A DNA stretch of 64,000 nt from Curvularia clavata (Eukaryota). The notes under the pieces were generated by a model. The model had not been told where the DNA came from, did no database searches, and worked only from the letters and a program-made list of their open reading frames with translations. A program made the position numbers and the translations under genes. The stretch covers positions 930,001-994,000 of the forward strand of contig CP089276.1 of the NCBI GenBank assembly GCA_023920165.1, given 5' to 3'. Below, in pieces: positions 27,566 to 39,135 of the stretch (the first letter of the stretch is position 1; the number at the start of each line of letters is the position of its first letter).

Positions 27566-27699
27566 TGACAAGAGTGGGATTCGACTAGAGGGTGTTAGAA
27601 CTTGCAGTCTTAGAAAGGATTGGAGGTACAACATACACCCACGCAGATTTCTCTACTAGCACCTGAAGCTAGCGCCTTAGACCGCTCGGCCATCTTGCC
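27566..27699 (-). tRNA. tRNA-Leu(CAG) interrupted by a 52-nt GT-AG intron-like insertion (27585-27636) in the T-loop
   Basis: Acceptor stem GGCAAGA/TCTTGTC plus discriminator A; A-box TGGCCGAGCGG; anticodon stem CTAGC/GCTAG with loop TT-CAG-GT; long variable arm AGA-GAAA-TCT. T-arm GTGGG-TTCGAAT-CCCAC is restored exactly after removing 27585-27636. Confidence 0.93.
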
Positions 27700-27720
27700 G
27701 GAGTTATTTGAATACTCGAG

Positions 27721-27740
27721 CTATTATATCATATATATTC
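27721..27740 (-). promoter_or_regulatory. TATA-like element upstream of the tRNA
   Basis: Minus strand reads GAATATATATGATATAATAG, 22-41 nt upstream of the mature tRNA 5' end. Confidence 0.45.
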
Positions 27741-28824
27741 TTAGTAGTCTATTTCTCCAGTCATGGTTGCAGGGCGTTTTGTGTGTAGCGTCGAGGATGC
27801 GGGGCTGTGCGGCAGAAAATCATTCGCTGCCGAACCGAACACACGCATCAATTCAGGCGACCAGCAGCCGCGAACTAAGACTCAGCCAGAGAAAACCGCA
27901 TGAACAAGAGGCGCGCTACACTATCAAGATACCCAGTAGCTGCTGCTGCTGGCTCGATCTTGTTCCAGGCCCTCCTGCATCGGACTCATGATCCCGCTGC
28001 ATCCTCTGCATCTCACCTTCCATCCATCTCCCCCGCTACTCAAGCCTCCTACCTAGTCAGGCCCTCTATGCAAGCGTTCTAGACTCCCACGGTATCTATC
28101 AGGCGTCCAGTAAGCGAATGTGTAAAGCCCATTTCGGAAATATCCACTACTAGTCCTCTCGTTAGGCGAATCCCCGGTAGTACACATGTGTAGAAGATTG
28201 ATTTCACAGTGATGTAGGAAGAAAGCAGGGTTCCAGACCGCGGAGCGATAACACTGTGCGCTAGGAGAAAAGGAAAAAGATGGGTCTAGTGTTGCGCTGG
28301 TCAGACTCGCGTATGCGGGGGAGAATAGAAGCGAGAAGGGATCTTTTGTTTTTGCCAATGGGCTAGGGTGAGGGTGGATCACTGAAACGGCCTTTAGACT
28401 GGGATGAGGAGATGTGGAAAAAAGCAATGTTAGTCTAGAACGTCGACACGAAATACCGAAAAGTCTGGGGAAATTGATAAGGATGTACACTATGCTGGAA
28501 GAAGGAAAAGCAGCAGTGTCGGCTTTGAGCTGGAGAAGCAATGGGTGTAAGACCAGACTATTGGAACAGAAAAACAATCAAGACGACGTTTTATGACAGA
28601 ACAAGCAAGTAAAGTTGTAAAAAAGGGGCACAATCACGTAATGGAGTAGCATAGGCACACGAAGATGCATCTCGGCTTCTTCGCCGCAAAAAAAAAAAAC
28701 ATTGCATTTCTTTTGTTTTGCAACTGTCCAAAGAATTTCCAATTATGTACGAAGAACTACCGCACCACTACTCTGCGGAAACACCCCACCTCCAAGTTTA
28801 TGACCACCTTTTTCCCAACTCAAC

Positions 28825-29411
28825 CTACAAAGCAGCAGCCATGATACCTGCAACAACAGCCGCGAGACCAAACTCAAGCTTGCCGGCGCCGCTGTTGTTG
28901 GGAGCACGAGTAGAGGTAGCAGCAGGAGAGCTGGAAACGGGCGGCTTGGGTGTGCCAGTCGCAGCAGGCACAGTGCTGTTTCCGCTGTGGCTGCTAGAGC
29001 CGGAGCCAGTGCCAGTGGGGTACATGGGGGTGACATGCGAAGCTCCCGCGCCGGTAGACTTGGGGGACGAGCCAGTCGACAGAGGAGCCGTAGCAGAAGG
29101 CACGCCTGAGGCTGTATCATATTGATTAGCCCTACTATCCCTTTATAGTCGGACCCCATGTAATAGTTTGACTTACAGATCTGGACACTCTGGGCGTTGC
29201 AAATGTCGGCGAGCGCAGCCATAGCAGCGTCGGCGTCGTTGCCGCAGATCTTAGCAACCTCGGACTTGAGGTCCTTGGACTGGCAGACGCTCTTCATGTC
29301 GACGGGGCTGCTGAATTGGCTGGCGGCGCCAAGGAGGCAGGCAGGAGGCGTAGCCACGGCGAATTCAGCAAGCGCGAGGAGAGTCGCGGCAAATACAGTG
29401 CGTCCGAGCAT
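28825..29411 (-). CDS. Small secreted Cys-containing, Ser/Thr-rich GPI-anchored cell-wall protein; one intron near 29113-29176
   Basis: Signal peptide MLGRTVFAATLLALAEFAVA; TPPACLL...4-Cys domain; S/T/G stalk; NNSGAGK plus hydrophobic tail GLAAVVAGIMAAAL. Confidence 0.88.
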
Positions 29412-30347
29412 TTTTAGTGTTGGCGGGTTAAACCGGATTGGAAACGATCGATATGGGGTCGGTCTGAGAAATTAATAAATATTGCAGCCTAAAGAGTGAC
29501 TGTAGAGTGATTTGAAGTGAGCGAATGTACAGCAAAGAGTGTTGGTGAAGGAGAAAGAAAGAGGACTCGTAAAGAAGGTCAGCAAAGAGCAGTGCTCAAA
29601 GGGGCTCGTCTCACCACGCGTCCGCCAAGCCGCTGACCATTCGCTTGTCTATTTACGATCGGCGCTAGCAGGGCTTGTCAGGAACAAAGTTTCAAAACAC
29701 GCACTGATTGGATGTCGTCAAGCACCTTCGTATGCAGGAGGTCACAGCTTATAGGGTGACACGCTTTGTTGCCACGGTCTAGGCGGTCGATGGTAGGATC
29801 ATGTAAGTCGACTATTTGCAGTACGGGAGGCTCTCTGGAACCGCCACATACTTGCTCAGCTATTTTCTCTTTGATTGTGTGCTTCAGAAGCAATAGTGTA
29901 CAAGGAGAATAAGTTCGCAAATCCCGAACTGAAGACGCCGGCCTGGACCAACCAGGTGCAAAACAAGACGGTATTACAGCGATGCATCCGCAATAAAGAA
30001 CCTTCTTTTTTTGTCGGGTTTCGCAACTTTCAAAGAAAAAAAAACTAGATCGGGCAGGGAATCCAATACTAACCCGCGTGCAGGTACGATAATCTATCCC
30101 ATGTAATGCAATATGATTTCAGAGATCACAGTCGAGTTCTTCCGTCAGATTATCCAATCTGAAAAGCCGGCACCTGCCAGCGGACGTTGATACTGTCCTA
30201 CCAGTGATGCTGTGATGCGCCACAAACTCCGTCGCTAGGTATGTTACAAGTTGAGTGATAAAGCAGAAAGATGAGGATGCGATGAGACTGGAGGAGGCAT
30301 AGAGGTTGGGGTTTGTCGTTATACAGAGCGTGAGGCTAAGATGTTGA

Positions 30348-33300
30348 TCATGAGGTATGTATCTGTGGGGGGCTATTGCTGTGTGATCCAACCATGGACG
30401 GTATGGGCTTGCGGCGGGCTTTGGCCTGAGGCACACGAGGTGCGCCTTGAATGACGCGCGGCTCCTTCATCAGCGTCGGATCCAGTTTTGCGGGGACTAT
30501 CGATTTGTTAGCACAGTTAGGTCAATGGGGCTGTGAGGAACATACTCCGACTGACGACAGAGCGATAGTCGCCCGGGAAGCGTGAGTTTGGCGGGGTGGC
30601 AGCAGCGGTACGCCACAAGTGGTTCGTCGTGTCTGACAAAAAGTCTACTTTGGACTTGTAGAAGAACGCCGACTTTCCGCGATTGCGCTTCGCTAGGATA
30701 ACCTCATCAAAAAGTTTGATCGAAGGGTCGTCGGCTGGCTTGCTCTCGCGTTCGTGGATGAACTCATTGAAAGCTATTGGTTGTTAGCCATTGCACATCA
30801 AGGAAGAAGCAGTGCTACTGACCTTGCGTCTGCTGCAGTGTGGTAATGTACTGCACGTTTTCGGCCGGTAAGCTCTTCACAAACTCGTCCATCTTGAATT
30901 CGTAGTTCATGCCCTGCTTCTTGCGTTCTCCAGTAGCCGGAACTAGATAGCGTCGATAAGTATAGAACAGACTGGCAAAGCATCGTACAAACGATGCCCG
31001 CACTTGGTCTGGACGAAACGCCGAGGGACAGACGATGCAGATCGAGTCCACGCATCTGCCGTGCGCATACGTGCTGCAGCCTGATATCCTGAATTAGAAA
31101 CAATTGACACATGTCAAAAAAGGAAGCTTACCAGAACAGCGATAGAGACCATCATCCGCCTTTTCTTCGCAAACCGAGCAAGCAGCTCGATCTTCACTGG
31201 GTCTCCACTGCAGACAATGGCCTTCCTGCCATTGCGTGGTGGAGGTGTTGCGAACCGGCTGCACAGCCATGCCGGGCATAATTGTCGATGCAGCCAACGT
31301 CGACTGTGCATACACTGATGGCGCATACGAAGAGCCGCCCGCCTTGTACTCCTGACTAAGTGACGATGTGGAGGCACTTGGTGCGTGACCAAGGAACGGC
31401 TGAGAGGGGCGTCGGAGCGGGGGCACGCGCTCGAAACCAAACTAACCACGTTAGTTGTTTGACGATCAACATTTACAAAAATCAAACTTACCGATGAGCT
31501 TCGCCGACTTGACGAGTCAAAGTGGGCGGATCGCTTCTCGCGGAGGTTGGCCTGGAGAGCATATCCGGAATCACTCCGAGATATAGGTGTGCTTGGCATG
31601 GGCGGGAAAACAGTTGAGACAGGAGAAACTTTCGGCGAAGGTGGTGAGTGGTGTGACTTGATGGTGGTAGCCGTCGATGGCCTATCGTTTCCGCGACTCA
31701 AGGCGCTGGACTGCAGAAAGGCGTTGAAGATTAGCGGCCTCGAGCTCGATGGCCCAAGAATTGTGCCAAACGACGTCGAGTTCAATCCAACATAGCTCTG
31801 AATTGTCAGCGGTTGTGGTCGGTGTGAAAAGACGTTGGCATTTTCGGAAGCGAACGTGTCGAGTGGGAATGCCTCGATTGCGTAAGCGGGCGGACCAGCA
31901 GGCACGCCGTACTGTGCACGATGAGGGGCAGACTGCTGGAGCAAGGACATGAGTTTGCGTCGCTGCTGGCGCGGAAGTGCTGGTGGTGGGGGTCCGTTGG
32001 ATACTATCGAGTCGGCGTCCAAATCGACCAATACATAGTCGTCTTCAGGATAGTCGGTGGGCTCGTAACGACGTTCGATTCCCACAATATAGGGGCAAGG
32101 TGCTTCGATGGTCTGAACAAGACGAGAGGGCAGGACTGGAATAAAAACACCGGTCCATTGGAAGGGGTACAGGAGATTGGTGATTGCCATACTCGCCAGA
32201 TGCAGCATGGCCGTGTGAGAAGAAAGTAGAATGATCCTAGCCTCGGAGAGCACATACTCGAACAGAGTAACGATGTTGGGAATCGACATGCAGCGGAAGA
32301 GGGCGTAGATGTCAATGTTGCGGGACCCTGGCAACTCGTTCTCGGCCTCCTTGCGAGCATACATGCGAAGCTCTCGAACGCCGAGCTCGACCTGAGTGAT
32401 GGAGGTGATCGGACTAAGAGCCTCCGCACACAGATTGACGACGTAACGCTCGAGTGGCTGCCACATACCTACTCGCGGCGAGCTTGCTGGCACGCGGAGA
32501 ACCGCACCGCTGGTCATGGGTACAGTGACTGCCTTGAGCCACTCTTTCCAAAACGGTGTGAGACTGGCATCTCGACCCAAAACTCCGTAAGCACGTGGGA
32601 TCCATAGGCCAGTCTCCCCGTCAGTGAGACCCTCAATCTTCGAGGCCGCACCATGTCGTACTGGACGAAGCAAATCTGTCATGAGCTGAATCTTCTCTTC
32701 TACGGCTCCAATCTCATCGTCGAGCTTCTCGCGCTCCTCCGAGTCAAGGGGTACAGACGGAAGCTTGGTTAGTAGTTGTGACAACTTGGCACGCTCCAGT
32801 CCGAGACGCTCGCCCAGGCTGCTTGCCAATTCCCGTTCTTCGGGGTTCATGTGCAAGTTTCGCCATTCTTCACACTGACGTTCAAGACCCTCGGCAGCCG
32901 TAGAATTCAGAGGCAGCCACACGATGAGGCAGATACCGTACAGCTTTGATCCGTCTCCGTTGGTCATGGCGAAGCCATGCCACTGGCTCTTTGGCCGCTC
33001 GTCAGAGGATACGACGCTGACATCGTTTGGGAAAGCGAACATGGGTACATAATCGGGAAAGGGATTGCGTCTCTTGAGCTCCTCAACCATATTCCTTGGC
33101 GGGTAACGGTCCAGTAGGACAGGCTCGTAGCGGCGGAGCAGAGGATGCATGTCCGGGTCCGGTGCGAATGGCTGCGGTGCCGGTATTACAGAATTGTAGC
33201 CCGACATGCGCTTTGAAGTTCGGATCGAGGCTGCATGCACGTTAGCAATCTTTGATGCATGCAAAAAGCAGAGAAACCATGTCGTATCGTGCATATGGAC

Positions 33301-33989
33301 CAGGCCCAAGTGCAGCATCTATGACGGTTGTGTGCAGAATGTGATGTCGACTTACATTGCCGTGCCGTCGACGGTTGGCGCTTCAGGCTGCTCTGCATGG
33401 TAGAGATGCGTCTGCGGATGCTCCCAACACCGGATCTGAGGTTACCGACACCATCTTCGGGGTTAGCTTGCGAGACGCGTTGAGGTCGTGGGCGCGGCCT
33501 GGTGGGGGTCGAGCGAGAATGTTGTGCAACACCAGCGGTAAACTGTATCTCTTCCAGGAAGTTGTCGCGCTCCGACGCAAACTTGCGCAGCGCAATGTCG
33601 AATTCCTGGTCGCTCAAACCAGATCCGCCAAGCTGCACACCCTTGATGGTGGCGCTGCTTCGATTGCTCGCCGTTGGCTTTGCCTCTGCTCCAACGATTG
33701 TGCCGGATGATTGGCGGTTTGCAGAGCGGGACCGGGACCTTGACCGCCCTCTGTCACCGTTGCAGAGGCCGTCTTGTGATGATGGGCGAACAGAGTCTGT
33801 CTCGAGAGCGCGGTCTTCTTCAATGGTCTCGTCGACGGGCGGTTGTGCTAGTGGGGAGGTGACTATGACATTGTTCTGGGTGCGCTCGTCGTAGACCTGC
33901 GACGACTCGATGCCGGATATGAAGAAGTAGTCGGCGAGCGGGGGAGGAGCTTGATCAGCCGCGGAAGTGGAAGAGGGAGCAGGCGCCAT
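30348..33989 (-). CDS. DENN (AEX-3) domain Rab GEF with a C1-like zinc finger, 5 introns
   Basis: LADYFFISGIE; uDENN LLDRYP...PMFAFP; DENN core (VLSEARIILLS, YPFQWTGVFIPVLP, EAPCPYIVG); C1-like GHCLQW..CSVC..CSGCSTYAHGRC..C; dDENN QTQAFNEFI. Stop TGA at 30348-30350. Confidence 0.92.
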
Positions 33990-35723
33990 GGTGGATGGTG
34001 AGCATGAATATCCAAGAAAAAAACCCCCAGAAAGATGAAGCGATAAAGGAGCGTGGTTGGACTGCGCAGTCACGGCGTGTAGGGCGTCGAGTCGCCTTGT
34101 TGCTCTATGTCATTGGGTATCGAAGACAAGTTCCAAATGTCTATTTGTGGAGGGCTGCGCAGAGGCCTGATTGTGCTCGGAGGGAAGAAGAAGTCACGGG
34201 CAAATACAGATGCACCGACGCCGAGGAGGGGGTGCTAACGGAGGACCCTGGCCAGAAGGGTAAACAAGACGGAGAAAAAAGTCGCAGGTTTGGAGACACA
34301 GCGGCGGCGGTATTGGTGGTGGTGGTAGGGGCGGCGAGGCGATGGCAGTGTTTGTGTTTGTGTTGGTAGTGGTGTTTGTGTGGTCGGGTTGGTGGTAGGG
34401 CGACGAGGGCGAGGTCGGGCAAGGTAGTTGTTGCTGGGTGCGGGCACAACCAAGAGTGAATGGGGAGAGGGTCTGAAAAAGACCAGGACAGGCTTGGGCC
34501 CAAGTGCCCCGAGTTCTCGAGCAAGCTAGTCCCCATTTACCGTCGTCGCAGGGCGTCTTCCCGTCTTGCGCTCTTATCACTCTGCGAAGGCTGCCCGCGT
34601 GCTAGCGCTTGACAGCTCCCGCGTCCAACCTGAGCCCGCTCTCGGCTTAGGGCCGACTGGTGCTGCCACAGCTGGCTGCATGCGCTACAGCACTGCGACG
34701 GCCGCGGGGAGTTGGCGCGGGCTGCAAGGCACAGCCGTCGGCCGCATTCTGAGCTGAGTGCTTTTGGATTATACTTTGGCATGGTGCGCGTGTTCCACGG
34801 TTGTGTCGCGACGAGACACGATGCTGTTCTTAGCAGCGCACAGGCGCGGCGTTGGTGTGCCGGCCCCCCCCCCCCCCTGGTTTTTGCTGCAAGACCCTGT
34901 CTTCGGAAGGCGCGACCAGGGGACGCCGCACAGAATGGGAAGGCACGGCCTGCCTTCTTTCCCGTCTTGAGCCTGCCAGCAGGCGTGTCCTGGGCCCCGC
35001 GCGCCTGATTGGCCTGCTCTTCTGCCGGCACCAGAGTGCGCGGCCCTGGGCACCGCCCTGCTCAGGGGTCGTCGACTCGACCAACACGGCCGTCTATTAT
35101 TCCAAGATTATACTGCATGTTGCTAGGCAGTGTCTAATCTGCAACTGTTTCATCTCAAGTGTGTATTGCACACACACCACCAACATGGCACTCACGGCAC
35201 TGGCTCCAGGTCGGAAAAGGGGCGCGTCGAGAGACTGGCGTGCCATCTCTCGCTATGCCCATGGTTGTTGCTCTGCTCTGCTCTGCGCCATGTACGCCTT
35301 GTAGCATGCCAACGTCCCCGACAAAGAAAACATGCTGCCCCACCGCCACCTGCAAACAGCCGCCCATCTCGCTGCTTGTACACAGTACACAAGTACCGAC
35401 TACACAAAGCCGCATTCCAGCTGCACAACTGCGCCCAGGTGCCTGGCCTCTCGCCCTCTCCTATCGCCCTCTCCTCCCCTCTTCCCATGCAACCATGTCT
35501 ATGTTACGCCGACTGGGGGGCTGGAAAATGCACCCGGAGAGATGATCAAGCCAGTTCGTCCACACGTCGATCCTACTGGCTCTTGTCGATCCTGGCCTCC
35601 AAAGTCTGAAAAATGGGCCACAGCACCGCCTTCAATCTGTCAACTGGCTGCACGCCCCCAAAAAGCCTTCGGCACATGCCCCTCACCACCAATGCTACCC
35701 AGCCGTTTCCTATCTCTTCCCCC

Positions 35724-35757
35724 CTGCCACTGCCACTGCCACTGCCACTGCCACTGC
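35724..35757 (+). repeat. (CTGCCA)n hexanucleotide repeat, about 5.5 units
   Basis: Seen directly. Confidence 0.85.
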
Positions 35758-36613
35758 ACTCTGCTCACTATCTATTCCCAACCTTGATGACGGCATACAA
35801 CCAAGCAATGCTACCATCCGAGTCGTTTCCTGCTCAACATGGACCGACTCTTCGACCATTGTGAGGTCCTGCCCATGTCTCTCGTTTTTTTCCCAGAATC
35901 CTGACACCGTCTGGGGTACCCTGTTCTCCCATGCCGTGCTTCATTAAGCCCTGGGAAGATCAGCGCCACACATGCTTCCTCAAAGCCTCTTCTCCACATA
36001 TACACGCCTCCCGCTAGTCATTGACGCAATAGCCTTAGCACACCTGGTCTCCTCGAGGAGAATTGTTTTCGCACCTCCACGTGCATATTCACCTTTCTCG
36101 ACGCTGGCTGACGCCAAACATGCTTTTGACTCGCTTCGCCTGCAGATCGGCATAAAAAACCCTCCTCCTCCACACCCCGGTAGCCCTATCCGAAGCCACA
36201 TATCAAGCTCTCTGCATATTAGCCACTCACTTAATAGTATAGCTACGTACAAGTGCAACGCAATCTTACGTAGCCTTTCCATACTGCTTAGCCCAAGCCT
36301 TTTTTTTTTCTCTCCGTGGACCCGACAGAACATGGATGCGCACACGACCCATGTAGATTGCGGCTCTGTTGTTTGCTTTTTGCTTTGTTGAATCGTGGGA
36401 GACGACAACTCTCCAATCACACCCCACACCGCCTTCGGAGTACCTTCCGGGCCGGCTTCAGAGCTAACCCACACAAACACACAAGCCCATTCACCAAGAC
36501 CAGCCGCTCGTAAACCGTAGGTTCGAGTGTCGAACCCGTCTCTCCGGAACATTTGCATGTATTCATGGTCACTTGGGACCAGCGCTTCCAAACCTTATTG
36601 GGATACTGTATCC

Positions 36614-37915
36614 TCAGCGACGAGCCGTCAACCACCCAGTGCTGAGCGAACCCCTATCACCCAAGGCACTTCGCCATTGAATCGCTAGTTGGCCCAAGAC
36701 TCGTCGGTCATCTTCAGTCTTGGAGCCTTCCACATCCTCGTCTTCGCCGGGCTTGTATTCAAGCAAGAACGCCACTTGCACCACATCCCGAGGGCTCAAC
36801 ATTGGTGGATTGAGTCCTAAGGATTGCATGTCCCAGTTTAACGACGTCGACTTGAGCGGCAGTTTCGGATTCACGTCGACTGCCTGTACATACATACACA
36901 AATCAGTAATGGTTTGACATGTACCGGGGCAATCGTGGTTGTGGTAGACTATTGAGGCTGAACTATAGCGCCAGGATCGGCATACCCGGCGGACGTGGGT
37001 GTTTCCGATCGATCTGGTGCCTGAGTCGCTTCTCCGAACTGGGAAAAGCAAACAAGAAAATAGGACGGTTGCCAACCGCTGACGTACCTCTAAACACACT
37101 GCCGCTTCGCCCGTGTTTTCCAATTGGGCCTCAAGAAGGTATCTGCATGATCCATTCTTGGGGCTCATCTCGCCAGCCTTGGTCCTGACACTGAGGAGCT
37201 GTTGCGCCACGAATTGATACAGCTTGCGGAAAGTTCGCACTCGTCCACTAGCCGCTTTTCCCTCTCCGAGTGCGGTTTCGGTGTACGTGACCGTGACTGC
37301 CAACACATGGTTTCCTTCTTCTTTGAGTTCAAATCTCAAAATCCGCTGTAGCGACTCGCCGGGCCCAGGAGATGTGGATGCGTCTTGTTCCGACGTGCCT
37401 GTCAGGTCTAGCGGTGAGCCCGTTGGATTCGAGGGTGTCTGCATATCCCCCTGTATCCGTACGCCACTGATTGCCTTTGTCGTGTCTGATGGGTCCAGCT
37501 CGTTGTTCGCGCATAACGTACACGAAAACGTCTCGCCGACATAGGCACTTCCAAATGCTTCGGGGAGATTGAGCACAGGGCTGAGTATGAATGCATCGTC
37601 GGCGTTGCGCTGCGAGGGGTACGCGAGCGAGGCTTGGGGCGATATGCCTAGCTCTTTGGAATTGGGGAGCGGGTATTGCGTAGCAAGTGTCGGCCGCGAT
37701 AATCTAGATCCTATTAATGAGCATTACATTCGGTGAAGAGCTATGCTAAGTGCGTGTAGACGTCGGTATGCCGCGCATGTTACTCGAGAGACCGCGAGGA
37801 TCGATGCTCATTGCGTCGCAATTGTATGAGGAAACACGTACCGCAACACCTTCAAGCTCACTGAATGCGCCGTCTTGAGAGAGTCCCCCATCGAATGCCC
37901 TCGCTGGTGAGCCAT
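36614..37915 (-). CDS. TRAPPC13: TRAPP complex subunit 13-like (DUF974) protein, 2 introns
   Basis: HSVSLKVLRLSRPTL, LPEAFGSAYVGETFSC, FELKEEGNHVLAVTVTY, FRKLYQF, LEAQLEN and LGQLAIQWRSALGDRGSLST motifs. Confidence 0.88.
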
Positions 37916-38202
37916 GTTGGCGGCCGCGGTGTTGCAAGCTCATTCAGCTTGGAACAAGGGCAAGAGGCTCGAAGCTCGAGTTCAAGTGGGGCACGCGCAT
38001 CATCATCGGACGGGACCCCAGTCTCGGATCGCAAACTTGGCTCGGTCATAAAATTTATCCGTTACCAAGGTTGATGTCGTCTTTATGAAAAAAACAAAAG
38101 GGCGACGAGTTGCTGTACAATCTTTCCCTAGGCGTTGTCTTATTTTTAATATCGTGTTCTTATCTTCATATTGCACAAATAGACTGTTCAATCGTTTAAA
38201 AA

Positions 38203-38990
38203 ATGACGGTTGCATCAAGCCAAGATGACGTCCAGCTTCAACGTTGTCCCCATCTGGTCATCAAAGCTGATACCCCAAAAGGTATGTATCGTGTAGTATC
38301 ATGTCAAGTGCTTGTGTTGCAAAATACTAACACTGGGTTTTAGGACGTGGTGTTTTTGCAACAAAGGATATACCTGCCTACACCGTCATAGACGTTTGTC
38401 CCGTCTTGGTCCTTGAAATAGAAGAGAACAAGAAGCACATAGAGAAGACCTCCCTGTATCATTACACCTAGTAGGTATTTCCGCGGTTTTGGTGTCCATA
38501 TCGATCTTACTTTGCACCTTCAATCGCATACCAAGCACAAAGACACATGGTTCCAATGCCCCTGTGTTATGAGTGCTCAGAACGACTGCACAGCAATTCT
38601 ACCAGAGAATAACAGTGGTAAATCCCAAGCATGAACCTGACTTGTCCTAGCAATTGGCCCCAAACAGATGCGTACGGCAACAACCAAGTTGCGCAGGCAG
38701 TCGTCTTCGGATTAGGCAGCATGTTCAATCACTCGACACAGGAACAAAATGTAGGCTGGATACGAGACCTTGGACGCAAAATTATAGTATACCGAGCCTT
38801 GAGAGACATTCCTGCCGGTCAAGAGCTCTGTAAGCGAAAAATAAACAATCCTCCGATGAAAACGGAAAAGGCGCTCATACATCTAGGCATATCATACGGC
38901 AGCCACCTAACATTCAAAGATGCGGATATTGTACCTCCAACGCCGCCCGAAGAGGAAATCGAGCAACTGAGAATGATTGACCCGTATTAG
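38203..38990 (+). CDS. Small SET-domain lysine methyltransferase, 3 introns
   Basis: KGRGVFATKDI, GLGSMFNHS and ALRDIPAGQELCISYG motifs, assembled across GT-AG introns. Confidence 0.9.
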
Positions 38991-39135
38991 ACGTAGAAAG
39001 TACAAGAGTGAAAAGAAGGAACGGCCCCGGTACAGGAAATTTCCCCTGGCAGGACCGTCATACTGAATGAAGTACAATGGGTAATTATATTGGAAGTCGT
39101 AACCTTGATCGGTGGGTCCAAGGAAGCAAACAGTA

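Noticed and set aside
36520..36537. GTTCGA-GTG-TCGAAC mini-hairpin resembling a tRNA T-arm/B-box (similar GGTTCGAA at about 49501)
   Set aside because: No A-box, acceptor stem or anticodon arm around either site.
34100..36600. Multiple ORFs between the DENN and TRAPPC13 genes
   Set aside because: GC-rich promoter/UTR-like sequence with simple repeats and no domain signal.
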